Positions 38,206-47,120 of a DNA stretch of 64,000 nt are shown one piece after another. Source of the stretch: a virus; the IMG/VR virus record IMGVR_UViG_3300011115_000716, positions 26,053 to 90,052 of that record. One strand, 5' to 3'. A program made the position numbers and the translations under genes. The notes beneath the pieces are model-generated. The model was not told the origin of the DNA, searched no databases, and saw only the letters and a program-made list of their open reading frames with translations. The stretch's first letter is position 1. Every line of letters starts with the position of its first letter.

Positions 38206-39244
38206 TCCAGATGCGCTAAAGGTGCTTGCTCAACTTAATAAAAAATTCGGAGAAAACACTGTAGTTATAGGAGCAAATATTCGTGCAGACCTTATTAGTC
38301 GTGTTACTACTGGTTCTACCACTTTTGACTATGTCCTTGGTGGTGGGTTCCCAGCTAATCAATGGAATGAACTTATTGGTGAAGCAAGCCACGGGAAAAC
38401 AGCTATTGCTCTTAAGACAATCGCGGCTAACCAAGCGCTTGACCCAGAATACATTACAGTATGGGTTGCCGCAGAACAATGGGTACCCGAGTACGCAGAA
38501 ATGTGTGGAGTAGATGCAAGCCGTGTTATTGTTATTGAAACTAATATTATGGAAGAAGCCTATGACGCAGTTCTGGCTTTTGCTGAATCAAAGTCAGTCG
38601 ATGCTATTGTTATTGACAGTCTTCCTGCCTTAGTACCTGGCCCAGAAAACGAAAAGAACATGGACGAAATGACCGTAGGTCGTGGAGCCCTTATCACTAA
38701 CAAGTTCTTCCGCAAGGCTGGAGCTGCTATGAAGCGTTCTTTAGTAGAAGATGAACGCCCTATTCTAGGTATTGTTATTAACCAGTACCGTATGAAGATT
38801 GGAGTAATGCATGGAGACCCACGCACTACTCCAGGCGGGGAAGGTAAAAACTACGCGTTTTTTACTCGTGCTGAAGTTCGTCGTGATGAATGGATTGAAG
38901 CAGGTACTGGAACCAACAAAGTTCGTGTGGGACAACGTATCAAAATTCGCGTCATAAAAAATAAAACAGCTCCACCACAACAAATTGCATATATCGATTA
39001 CTACTTTTCAGACCACAGCATCTATCTAGCCGGAGAATATGACACAGCTAAAGAAGTTGTTGCCATGTCAATTGTTAAGGAAATAGTCGACCGCCGTGGT
39101 GGTTGGATTTACTACGGTGAGCGTAAGTGGAATGGACAAGAAGCATTTGTGAATTCCCTACGTGAGGATGTAGACTTATATGAAGAACTTCGGGATAAGG
39201 TCCTGAAGACCCCAACTAGCTTTGTAGGAGCAAATAATGACTGA
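38198..39244 (+). CDS. recA: RecA-family recombinase
   Basis: 'TGS..FD..LGGG.P', GEASHGKT, 'VIDS', 'INQ.R.KIG..HGDP.TTPGG', 'KNKTAPP'; GTG at 38198 with GGAGG SD. Confidence 0.95.
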   Translation: MINPDALKVLAQLNKKFGENTVVIGANIRADLISRVTTGSTTFDYVLGGGFPANQWNELIGEASHGKTAIALKTIAANQALDPEYITVWVAAEQWVPEYAEMCGVDASRVIVIETNIMEEAYDAVLAFAESKSVDAIVIDSLPALVPGPENEKNMDEMTVGRGALITNKFFRKAGAAMKRSLVEDERPILGIVINQYRMKIGVMHGDPRTTPGGEGKNYAFFTRAEVRRDEWIEAGTGTNKVRVGQRIKIRVIKNKTAPPQQIAYIDYYFSDHSIYLAGEYDTAKEVVAMSIVKEIVDRRGGWIYYGERKWNGQEAFVNSLREDVDLYEELRDKVLKTPTSFVGANND

Positions 39245-39413
39245 GCAACAAATTCGTGATAATGAACGCTTAAAGATTGTTACGTATATTCGTGCAGTTG
39301 CAGAAGACTTAAAAAAGTTTGACAACGATTATGACGCAGCGTTTCTTTATGAAATTAGTGAAGTGCTAACTCACCCAGACTGGCCGTCAAAAACCTCAAA
39401 GTTTAAGCAGTAA
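39237..39413 (+). CDS. small hypothetical protein (58 aa)
   Basis: MTEQQIRDNERLKIVTYI...; AGGAG SD; below the ORF-track cutoff. Confidence 0.6.
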   Translation: MTEQQIRDNERLKIVTYIRAVAEDLKKFDNDYDAAFLYEISEVLTHPDWPSKTSKFKQ

Positions 39414-39416
39414 TTA

Positions 39417-39728
39417 ATGGCTAAATCAGAAGGTCAAAAACAATCTCAAAAACACGAAAAAAGAATTGCCAAAGCAGTTGGTGGTAGTACTACTGCTGCT
39501 TCTGGAGCGTTCTGGTCTCGTAAAGGAGACGTTCGTAATAACGACCTTCTAATTGAGCACAAATGGACTGGCAAAAAAACTAAAACCATAAGCTCAGCAG
39601 AATTGAAGAAAATTACTAATGAAGCTATTATGGACGGTAGACTACCTGTCTTTGGAATTCATTTGGATGGAGAAGACTACGTTATTCTTCTTGAGACAGA
39701 CTTCTTAGAAATGTGGAATAAATTTTGA
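39417..39728 (+). CDS. PD-(D/E)XK nuclease, Hjc-type Holliday junction resolvase-like
   Basis: 'HEKRIAK..GG....ASGA....KGDV....LIEHK'. Confidence 0.75.
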   Translation: MAKSEGQKQSQKHEKRIAKAVGGSTTAASGAFWSRKGDVRNNDLLIEHKWTGKKTKTISSAELKKITNEAIMDGRLPVFGIHLDGEDYVILLETDFLEMWNKF

Positions 39729-40057
39729 ATTTCTACTATGATGAAGACCTGCTTGAACAGGCTCGTTGTTCCGGAATAGAAGACCCTGATATATTCTTTC
39801 CTAACCGAAACAAAGATACTTATAAGCAAGTTGCTGCTCAAGCAAAAGAGTATTGCTTTGGTGTGGGTGGAAAAGACCCATGTCCAATTAGAGTAAAATG
39901 TCTGTGGCAGGCAGTAGAATCAGATGAACAACACGGTATTTGGGGCGGCCTATCACACCGTGAACGAAACGCACTTGTGCGTAAGTGGCAAAAGAAGTAT
40001 AAAAGTACTATGACTCTGAAAGAATTTATCTTTCAGTTAGATAAGAAGGAGAAATAA
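39725..40057 (+). CDS. whiB: WhiB-family transcription regulator
   Basis: C...DPDIFFP...AK.YC...CP.R..CL..A......GIWGG. Confidence 0.9.
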   Translation: MNFYYDEDLLEQARCSGIEDPDIFFPNRNKDTYKQVAAQAKEYCFGVGGKDPCPIRVKCLWQAVESDEQHGIWGGLSHRERNALVRKWQKKYKSTMTLKEFIFQLDKKEK

Positions 40058-40058
40058 A

Positions 40059-40907
40059 ATGGCAGTAACTAAATCAGAACTACAGAAGTTTCTAGATGCT
40101 AAGAAGAAACCGTATCGTTTAATAGGTGACGTAGAGCGTCATTTGCTGCAACGCCCAGTTGGAGACCGTAGTACTACTGTTCTACACCCATCTGAAATTA
40201 TTAAAAAAGATTGGTGCAAACGGGCATCTTACTTCCTTTTACAAGGACGCACTAAGATTGCTGATAAGCCAGCCCTGCAACTACAGAGTATCTTTGATGA
40301 GGGTCATGCAATCCATGCTAAATGGCAACGTTATTTCCAAGAAATGGGCGTACTATACGGGCGCTTTACTTGCACTTCCTGTGACTTTTCAATATTTGAT
40401 ATTGGAACAACCCTTTGCCCACAATGTGGCAAGGATACTTTTGAATATCGTGAAGTAACCTTAGTCGACAATGAGCTTCGTATTGCTGGTCATACCGATG
40501 GTTGGATTAAAGGAATTGGAGATGACTGTCTAATTGAAATTAAATCTGTTGGTCCAGGCACCATTCGTTCCGAATCTCCTGGGCTTATGTATGATGCCAA
40601 CGGAGACTTCATGGAAGCATGGAAGAATGTTAATCGCCCATTCAGCTCTCACATTATGCAGGGCCAGGTTTACCTAGAGCTTTTAAAGCGTATGGGTACC
40701 CCTGTAAATGAGATTGTGTTCCTTTATGAATTAAAGGCCAACCAGTCTTACAAGGAGTTCACAGTTAAAGCTGATTATGAACTTGTACGCCACGTATTTG
40801 ATGGTGCTAAGTTTGTTGTAGATGCTGTTGACGCAGGAGTTGCACCAGATTGTAACAACACTCCTGGTGGAACATGTAAGCAGTGTGACCCTTACAAGGA
40901 GGACTAA
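40059..40907 (+). CDS. Cas4/RecB-like exonuclease
   Basis: 'HPSE...C.R', 'G..IH', 'GHTDG', 'IEIKS', 'Q.QVY', C-terminal C...CKQC. Confidence 0.85.
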   Translation: MAVTKSELQKFLDAKKKPYRLIGDVERHLLQRPVGDRSTTVLHPSEIIKKDWCKRASYFLLQGRTKIADKPALQLQSIFDEGHAIHAKWQRYFQEMGVLYGRFTCTSCDFSIFDIGTTLCPQCGKDTFEYREVTLVDNELRIAGHTDGWIKGIGDDCLIEIKSVGPGTIRSESPGLMYDANGDFMEAWKNVNRPFSSHIMQGQVYLELLKRMGTPVNEIVFLYELKANQSYKEFTVKADYELVRHVFDGAKFVVDAVDAGVAPDCNNTPGGTCKQCDPYKED

Positions 40908-41353
40908 TGTCAGCCCTAGAAAAGTTTAAAGACTGGGGGCTTACCTTTTATAAACCAGAAGGTGAGCAAGTTCGTATTCCCACAGACATTACGGCCCTTG
41001 GTTCTGAGGATTTAGGTGAGTTGTTTACCCGTTTAACTGCTTGGACTGATTATATTGCTTCACAGTTAACTATGGCTCAGCTAGAGGAACGTGCCGCTCT
41101 TAAAAAGAAAGACTTTACTGAAACTACTATGCTAATTAAGCGTGTTGGTTCTCAGGCAAAGGGCGAACGCATTACAGCTATCAAAGCAGAGGTCTCTATT
41201 AACCCGGAGATTGTGCAACTTGACAACGATTATGAAGAGAAGTATGCTTATCGTAAGTTAGTTGAAATGCTACTTACAAACCACGAGCGTGACTTATCAC
41301 TAGTCAGCCGTGAAATTACACGCCGTTCTAACGACTATAGGAGAAACTTATAA
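40907..41353 (+). CDS. helical protein, possibly a UvsY-like recombination mediator
   Basis: long coiled helices ending 'SREITRR'; located beside RecA and the exonuclease. Confidence 0.4.
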   Translation: MSALEKFKDWGLTFYKPEGEQVRIPTDITALGSEDLGELFTRLTAWTDYIASQLTMAQLEERAALKKKDFTETTMLIKRVGSQAKGERITAIKAEVSINPEIVQLDNDYEEKYAYRKLVEMLLTNHERDLSLVSREITRRSNDYRRNL

Positions 41354-41745
41354 TGGGACAGATGAAAGAACTATACACAGATATCCACACCGAAGAAGCC
41401 GAGCTTGGTGAGATTAAAGACCTTCCAGATACTATTAAAGAGATGATTCGTAATGGAAATCCAAACGGAACATTTGAAGAAGCAATTCAACAGAAATTTC
41501 AACATGCAAAACACGTGCTGCTAACAAAGCACAAAGATTATGGGCCAAAGAACATCTCACAGAGCCCAGGAGGTCCTTTAAATGGCCTACGTGTTCGTAT
41601 GTGGGATAAGTTTGCTCGTATCAACCATTTGATTGACACGGGAGCTACACCAGAGAATGAAAGCCTAAAAGACTCTTTTCTAGATATGGCAAACTATGCT
41701 ATTATCGCAATGTTAGTTCTTGATGGAGAGTGGCCAGACAACTAA
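41353..41745 (+). CDS. nucleotide-modification-associated domain 1 (DUF1599/Nmad1-like)
   Basis: 'KHKDYG..NI...GL.VRM.DK..RI..L...ESL.DS..DMANYAII'. Confidence 0.8.
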   Translation: MGQMKELYTDIHTEEAELGEIKDLPDTIKEMIRNGNPNGTFEEAIQQKFQHAKHVLLTKHKDYGPKNISQSPGGPLNGLRVRMWDKFARINHLIDTGATPENESLKDSFLDMANYAIIAMLVLDGEWPDN

Positions 41746-41813
41746 TGAGTGTAGTAATACTCTTTGCAATTAGTATAGCAGTTATCGTATTTATAGATAG
41801 GATTTGGAAATGA
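41745..41813 (+). CDS. 22-aa membrane peptide
   Basis: MSVVILFAISIAVIVFIDRIWK; TAATG and ATGA overlaps at both ends. Confidence 0.5.
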   Translation: MSVVILFAISIAVIVFIDRIWK

Positions 41814-42241
41814 AAGCAACAGGATTTGAACCACGCTTTGACCGTGATATGGAACGTGGAGAAGTTGGAGAACAGCTTCTTGATTTGTTGTTTGAGGACA
41901 GCAAAGACACTAATATTACTATTGAGGTCAAAACTGATTACCGCACTAACGAGACTGGAAATATCTATGTGGAAACTCATAAGTATCGTAATGGCAAAGT
42001 AGAGGACGCAGTTCCTTCAGGTATCAATGGCACAGAGTCTAAATGGTGGGCCCAGGCATCTCCTGACGGCAACGCTGTCCTCCTAATTAAGACAGAGGCA
42101 CTACGCAAGTATATTGATATTGTAGAGCCCCCAAAAAGCTCACAGCCTATTTCTAACGCACACTCTGCCGCCAGCCTAGGATTGTTAGTGTCTATGAAAG
42201 GTCTGATGAAGTATTTAAAGATGTGGAAGTCTACCGACTAG
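41810..42241 (+). CDS. PD-(D/E)XK-like protein
   Basis: 'FD.D..RG..GE', 'IEVKTD...TGNIYVE...SGI..T...WW'. Confidence 0.7.
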   Translation: MKATGFEPRFDRDMERGEVGEQLLDLLFEDSKDTNITIEVKTDYRTNETGNIYVETHKYRNGKVEDAVPSGINGTESKWWAQASPDGNAVLLIKTEALRKYIDIVEPPKSSQPISNAHSAASLGLLVSMKGLMKYLKMWKSTD

Positions 42242-42248
42242 GTATACA

Positions 42249-42818
42249 ATGAAGATTAAGGAATTCGATGGAGGCCTCAAAATAGGCAGCCAAGAAGTAA
42301 CAATAGGCATAGACCAATCACTAACAGGGTTCGCTCTCTCAGTGGTTTCTGTTGAATTTCCTAATCTTCATATGACTTGGGTTGCAAAATCCGAGTACCG
42401 AGGTGTTCAGCGTTTAGCTGATATACAGGCATGGCTAAACCAGCAATGGTTTGAAATTGCTATAAACCGTTGGAATGTTAAAGACGTTGCTATGGAAGGC
42501 ACTGTTTTAGCCTCCCAAGCCGCTTTAGTATTAGGTGAGCTATCAGCAACAGTCAAGCTAGCCCTGTGGGATAAAGATATAGTTCCTTTACAGATACCCC
42601 CAATGACTCTGAAAAAGTATGCTACAGGCAAGGGAACTGCTAAAAAACAAGAAATGCTCCTCCAGATGTATAAGCGTTGGGGAGTAGAATTTAATGATGA
42701 TAACGCCGCAGATGCGTATGCTCTAGCTAGATTGGCCTCTGGGTCAGCAATTAGTGCTATTGAGCGTGAAACTCAAGAAAAAATAAAAGACCCTAAATAC
42801 AGAGATTTTATTCAATAA
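42249..42818 (+). CDS. ruvC: RuvC-like Holliday junction resolvase
   Basis: 'IGIDQSLT', 'VAMEG', 'P..LKK.ATG.G.A.K', 'DN.ADA'. Confidence 0.88.
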   Translation: MKIKEFDGGLKIGSQEVTIGIDQSLTGFALSVVSVEFPNLHMTWVAKSEYRGVQRLADIQAWLNQQWFEIAINRWNVKDVAMEGTVLASQAALVLGELSATVKLALWDKDIVPLQIPPMTLKKYATGKGTAKKQEMLLQMYKRWGVEFNDDNAADAYALARLASGSAISAIERETQEKIKDPKYRDFIQ

Positions 42819-42874
42819 TTACTCTATTCTTTAATAAGAGGACGGCATATAACTCGTATATTAAAGGACTACAA

Positions 42875-43171
42875 ATGAGTGAAGAAGTCGTAATCCCATT
42901 ATCGACCGAAGAACCCTTTCTTCGTGTTTCTGCTGGGTCTAATCCACAATCCGTTGCATCAGCCATCGCACATGCTATCTATGAAAAACGAGCCGTTCAG
43001 GTTCGAGCTGTAGGTGCAGGAGCGGTAAATCAAGCTGTTAAGGCTATCGCTATTGCTAGCGGTTACGTAGCCCCACGCGGCATGGTACTAAGTTGCAGAC
43101 CTGGCTTTACCACAATCCAATCTCGCGATGGCGATATAAGTGCGATTGTGTTTGCCGTTACTGCATCATAA
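42875..43171 (+). CDS. spoVS: SpoVS-family protein
   Basis: 'LRVSAGSNPQSVASAIA...VRAVGAGAVNQAVKAIAIASGYVAPRG..L.C.PGF...ISAIVF.V'. Confidence 0.9.
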   Translation: MSEEVVIPLSTEEPFLRVSAGSNPQSVASAIAHAIYEKRAVQVRAVGAGAVNQAVKAIAIASGYVAPRGMVLSCRPGFTTIQSRDGDISAIVFAVTAS

Positions 43172-43208
43172 AAAAGGTTTACTCTTATATAGAGATGAAG
43201 GAGCCATC

Positions 43209-43658
43209 ATGGCAACTAGTTACAGTGTAGGTCACGGCGTTAGACGTCGTGCCGGAAATACCAAATCAAGCTATACAGAAGCGGCAGGAAAAAGCATGAC
43301 TCGCAATCACCAAACTCACGATGAAGCAATGACAGACGCAGCCTCAGCAGGTAGCGCAAGAGCAACTATGGGAATGGATGCTTATAGTGTAAGCGCAGCC
43401 CCAGCATTAACTGGAACTCCAGTACCTAAGAAGAACCTACAAGCAGGTGACCCAACTGGTATGGGAACAAAAGTCAACAAGACCAACATTCCTTACAACG
43501 AAAAGCTTGGTGCTTCATACCGAGTTAGTGCTTCTTACACTCCAACAATTGACCCAGCAGCTGGTCCTACTATGCAATCAGCTCGTATTGTTCCGTCAAT
43601 TTCAGGTCGTGAAAACCCTAACTTTGAATCAGGCATCCAGGGCGCATCTAGCTACTAG
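43209..43658 (+). CDS. hypothetical protein (low complexity, possible internal virion protein)
   Basis: AAGGAG SD before ATG 43209. Confidence 0.7.
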   Translation: MATSYSVGHGVRRRAGNTKSSYTEAAGKSMTRNHQTHDEAMTDAASAGSARATMGMDAYSVSAAPALTGTPVPKKNLQAGDPTGMGTKVNKTNIPYNEKLGASYRVSASYTPTIDPAAGPTMQSARIVPSISGRENPNFESGIQGASSY

Positions 43659-43666
43659 GAGTCAAA

Positions 43667-43963
43667 ATGGCACAAAGTCCATCAGACTTAATGAGCAGTG
43701 GTAATACCGGAATTCCTTTATCTACCGATTATGGTATAGGTCATGACGTTAATTCTCTTGCTCAGGCTAACGTAGCACCAATATCCTCTCCAGATGTCAT
43801 GCCTGCCTATAAAGGTAACTTAGGTCGCAAAGCTGCTATGTTTGGTAACTTCCGTAACCCTGTTCAGGGTCAAGGAACATTTTTTCCTCAAGACGATACC
43901 CCTTTTGAAGGGCCTCATTCTGACCCAGGTTCTGACTGGGTTCTTAATAAGAGAGATGACTAA
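43667..43963 (+). CDS. hypothetical protein
   Basis: AGGAG SD. Confidence 0.7.
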   Translation: MAQSPSDLMSSGNTGIPLSTDYGIGHDVNSLAQANVAPISSPDVMPAYKGNLGRKAAMFGNFRNPVQGQGTFFPQDDTPFEGPHSDPGSDWVLNKRDD

Positions 43964-44475
43964 TGGCGGGTACAGTAAATAACTTTAGTGCTAACCAAAA
44001 CTGGCAATCTATTGGTGGTAATGGGTTTAGCGGTTATAACAACCAAGGTGGCTACGGTGGCCCTGTTGCACGTGGTGAGCTTGACGCTATTCGTATTGGT
44101 ACAGGCCGTGTTCCTTCCGCAGAATATCCAGATGGTTACTTAGGTACAATTCGTTCAAGACGTGAAGACCGACTCCTAGATTCTATTAAAAACCGTGTAG
44201 GACAAAAGTCTTACCAACGTGGTGTTCACAAAGGTGAACGTATTGAAGGCTCAGCATACTTTTGGACACCAGAGTTCAATGACATGATGGGCATCAAAAG
44301 ACAGATGCGTGGACAACGAGGAAGTCTAACCCCTAGATTCTCTCCACAAATGCAATTGATGCCAGCACCTCATTTAGTTAATGATGGTAAGGCTAATACT
44401 GTTGCTGACCAACCAACTGCTTTTGATGCGCAACGTGCAAACGCATTAAACTACTTGAAACCTGCGTGGCGATAA
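43963..44475 (+). CDS. hypothetical Gly-rich protein
   Basis: TAATG-coupled; 'PSAEYPDGYLGTI.SRREDRL'. Confidence 0.7.
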   Translation: MAGTVNNFSANQNWQSIGGNGFSGYNNQGGYGGPVARGELDAIRIGTGRVPSAEYPDGYLGTIRSRREDRLLDSIKNRVGQKSYQRGVHKGERIEGSAYFWTPEFNDMMGIKRQMRGQRGSLTPRFSPQMQLMPAPHLVNDGKANTVADQPTAFDAQRANALNYLKPAWR

Positions 44476-44855
44476 TGTCACAATTTGATGGACGTTACGA
44501 TTATACAAAACCTTGGGCAGGCCCAGGTGATTCAGGATATTCTGCGTATGGCAACTCTGGAACCCCTAAATGGTCTTATAATGGACCATGGGCGTCCAAT
44601 ATGGAACGTCTTACACAGCAGGCGTTGTTGGCAGCAACGTTGCCTGGAGCACAGCTTCAGCAACTAGTTCGCCCACCTCTCCCGCAAATCCGGCTGTTTC
44701 CAGAGCTTTTTGGCTATGGTAATCCACGACTTCAACCAGGTATTGAAGATGTGGTTTCAGTAGACCGCGTGTACACGGACCCAAGAGTTTCGTGGTATTC
44801 AGGTTCACCAGCAGGATACTCTGGCAGCAGTAGAAACGATTTAGGAGCTAACTAA
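44475..44855 (+). CDS. hypothetical Gly/Pro-rich protein
   Basis: TAATG-coupled start at 44475. Confidence 0.7.
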   Translation: MSQFDGRYDYTKPWAGPGDSGYSAYGNSGTPKWSYNGPWASNMERLTQQALLAATLPGAQLQQLVRPPLPQIRLFPELFGYGNPRLQPGIEDVVSVDRVYTDPRVSWYSGSPAGYSGSSRNDLGAN

Positions 44856-46528
44856 TGGCTAACCGTCCATATCGAGGAAAAAGAACCTCTAAACTTAAAC
44901 TTGAGTTTGGTATTCCTGCAGTAGAGCTGCCAGAAGAAGAAACCACAAAACCACAGATGGGTAGTCCAGATGTTGTTCCTGCTGTAATTCCTGAAGGTGA
45001 AGACTACTCAGCTGCTGCAAAAGGTGGCGGGCTATCTGGTACCCCAAAGATTTTTAGCAATGGCCGTATGGTTGTTGACCGCTCTGCAGCAAGAGATGAA
45101 GATACTGAAAACAGGATTAAAGAAGTTTTAGGTGACACAAGATTAAACGGAGTAACCAAAGACGAAGACTGGGACAGTGCGGCAAAGCAAGTTAGACAAG
45201 GCGCAGAGCCTCTTGGTCTCGATGCAAACGAATCCTATGACCACATAACTCAAACTCACGATGCAATTAAAGGTTTCTTAAGTAAACTTCCTGAAACAAT
45301 TCTTAGCAAAGCAGATGCTCACGACGAGGCCGCTAAAGCAATTGAAAAAATTAAAGCAGGCCATCCTGAAGCTCAGAAACAACGCGATATGGCTGCTAAA
45401 CTCCGTAAGTTTGTAGGAATACCAGAAGGTATTAGCAATGCTCACGAACTCCGTGCTGCAAGAGATGCAGTTATGAATGGTGGAGGAACTCTAGGTAAGA
45501 ACCTAGACTACCAATTAAACGTTAATAACAAACTTGTTAAAGCTCAGGCAAATCTTTGGAAATTAAAAAAAGGTGGTACAACCTTTGCATCTGATTCTCC
45601 TTCAGTAAACCACCCAGCGCTAAAGGCAGCCCACAAAGAAATTATGGGAGTTAATAAATCTATTAATAGTATTTTAAAGCCATTAGGTATATCTTCACCA
45701 GTACCAGCCTCCCAACTTACAGTTTTAGATAAGTCAATAGGTAAACTGCAAGAGCCTAGTAAAACTATATCTCCTGATGAATACCGCGACCCACACCCAG
45801 AAACCGAAGAACTATCTAAGCCTGGCCACATCTGGGGAGAAAAGCCAGGACTTGGTCTTACAGACAGTACTAAAGATTTTACCCCTTATGCTGCAAAAGA
45901 TTCCAGAGAGCGTGAACAAATACCTTTGACTAAAGAAGGTGAAACTTATATTAAAAAAACCTATGGTGAAAAGCATCCAGTAATGACTAGGTTTAGGTCA
46001 GCAAAAGCTTCATTGAATAAAAAGAACATTCTAAAAGATAAACTTAGAAACGCCGGCCCAGATTCCGTTGAAGACATACTTTCAACAGATGATGGTAGAA
46101 ATGATGAATTAAAAGACAAACTAACTATGGGCCAGTATTCTGAAGAAAGCCAAAAAAAGGCTACTGTAAATCCTGCAGCTAAGTTTGTAGATACCTCAGA
46201 AGCAGGAACCATTGCTAGAGGAGCCAGAGCCGCTGCAATGGAAGGCGCAAATGTTGACAGGGAATCAAAGAGGCTAGTTCAACACCACGCTAGCGTTGCG
46301 TTTGAGTCCCTTATTGCAGGAAATGCTGTTCCATTAGCAAGCACCAATTTTATTAAGGCTCACCCTGACGCAGAGAAAATTATAGGCGTTGTTGAAAGAA
46401 AAGCTGCCGCACACATTAGTGCAGTAGCGGCCTTTAAATCAGGACACAGGCCTACCCTAGAACACAGAAACATTTTAGGTCCAGCTGGTCTTAAGAGAGC
46501 TCAAACCCAAGCTGAATCTGGTGAGTAG
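44855..46528 (+). CDS. large hypothetical protein (557 aa)
   Basis: long ORF, charged and Ala-rich; no motif recognised. Confidence 0.75.
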   Translation: MANRPYRGKRTSKLKLEFGIPAVELPEEETTKPQMGSPDVVPAVIPEGEDYSAAAKGGGLSGTPKIFSNGRMVVDRSAARDEDTENRIKEVLGDTRLNGVTKDEDWDSAAKQVRQGAEPLGLDANESYDHITQTHDAIKGFLSKLPETILSKADAHDEAAKAIEKIKAGHPEAQKQRDMAAKLRKFVGIPEGISNAHELRAARDAVMNGGGTLGKNLDYQLNVNNKLVKAQANLWKLKKGGTTFASDSPSVNHPALKAAHKEIMGVNKSINSILKPLGISSPVPASQLTVLDKSIGKLQEPSKTISPDEYRDPHPETEELSKPGHIWGEKPGLGLTDSTKDFTPYAAKDSREREQIPLTKEGETYIKKTYGEKHPVMTRFRSAKASLNKKNILKDKLRNAGPDSVEDILSTDDGRNDELKDKLTMGQYSEESQKKATVNPAAKFVDTSEAGTIARGARAAAMEGANVDRESKRLVQHHASVAFESLIAGNAVPLASTNFIKAHPDAEKIIGVVERKAAAHISAVAAFKSGHRPTLEHRNILGPAGLKRAQTQAESGE

Positions 46529-46530
46529 TA

Positions 46531-46932
46531 ATGGCAGTTCACGTATACGAGGTTCATATAAAAACTCCTTCATCTAAAAGTTGGAGTTTTCATAGTGAAC
46601 ACACAAGCAACACCTCGGCATTAAACGTTGCAAATAAGCTAAAAAAAGCATCACTTAGCAGTGATTCTATTAGAGGCACACAGATAAAAGTAATAAAAAT
46701 AGAACACAAACCAGTTTCAGAAACAGTTTTATCAACACCTGCACCAGTATCTAAGAAACCTCCTAAAAAGGAGAGGCCTAAAGCTAAAACAAACTTAGAA
46801 AAAATGACAGACATTAAAGCTAAACCACACGCTAGAACCCCTAGGGACCCTTCAAACAAAGTTAGATTACCTAGAAAACCAGGAAAAGTAAACGCAACAA
46901 TGCCTGGGACTACCCCGAAAAGAGGAAACTAA
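46531..46932 (+). CDS. basic hypothetical protein
   Basis: K/P-rich C-terminus. Confidence 0.65.
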   Translation: MAVHVYEVHIKTPSSKSWSFHSEHTSNTSALNVANKLKKASLSSDSIRGTQIKVIKIEHKPVSETVLSTPAPVSKKPPKKERPKAKTNLEKMTDIKAKPHARTPRDPSNKVRLPRKPGKVNATMPGTTPKRGN

Positions 46933-47120
46933 TGTCATCTGATGGCGACGGCGGCGAAATGATGGAACTTCAGGCCTATGATATTATCAAGAATGGGTCA
47001 AGACCTTGTCCATCATGTAAAACAATGATGAATCCTGTAGAATTTTTATATGGAAAAGGCGTATGCCCAGAGTGTCTGGAAAAGCGCAATGAACTACGTA
47101 TTAAAGGAAGGCTAGCATAA
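46932..47120 (+). CDS. small zinc-ribbon protein
   Basis: CPSC...CPEC. Confidence 0.65.
   Translation: MSSDGDGGEMMELQAYDIIKNGSRPCPSCKTMMNPVEFLYGKGVCPECLEKRNELRIKGRLA

Noticed and set aside
40059-40907. Cas4-like gene as evidence of a CRISPR-Cas system
   Set aside because: No array, cas1 or cas2 was seen; solo Cas4/RecB-like nucleases are common in phage recombination modules.
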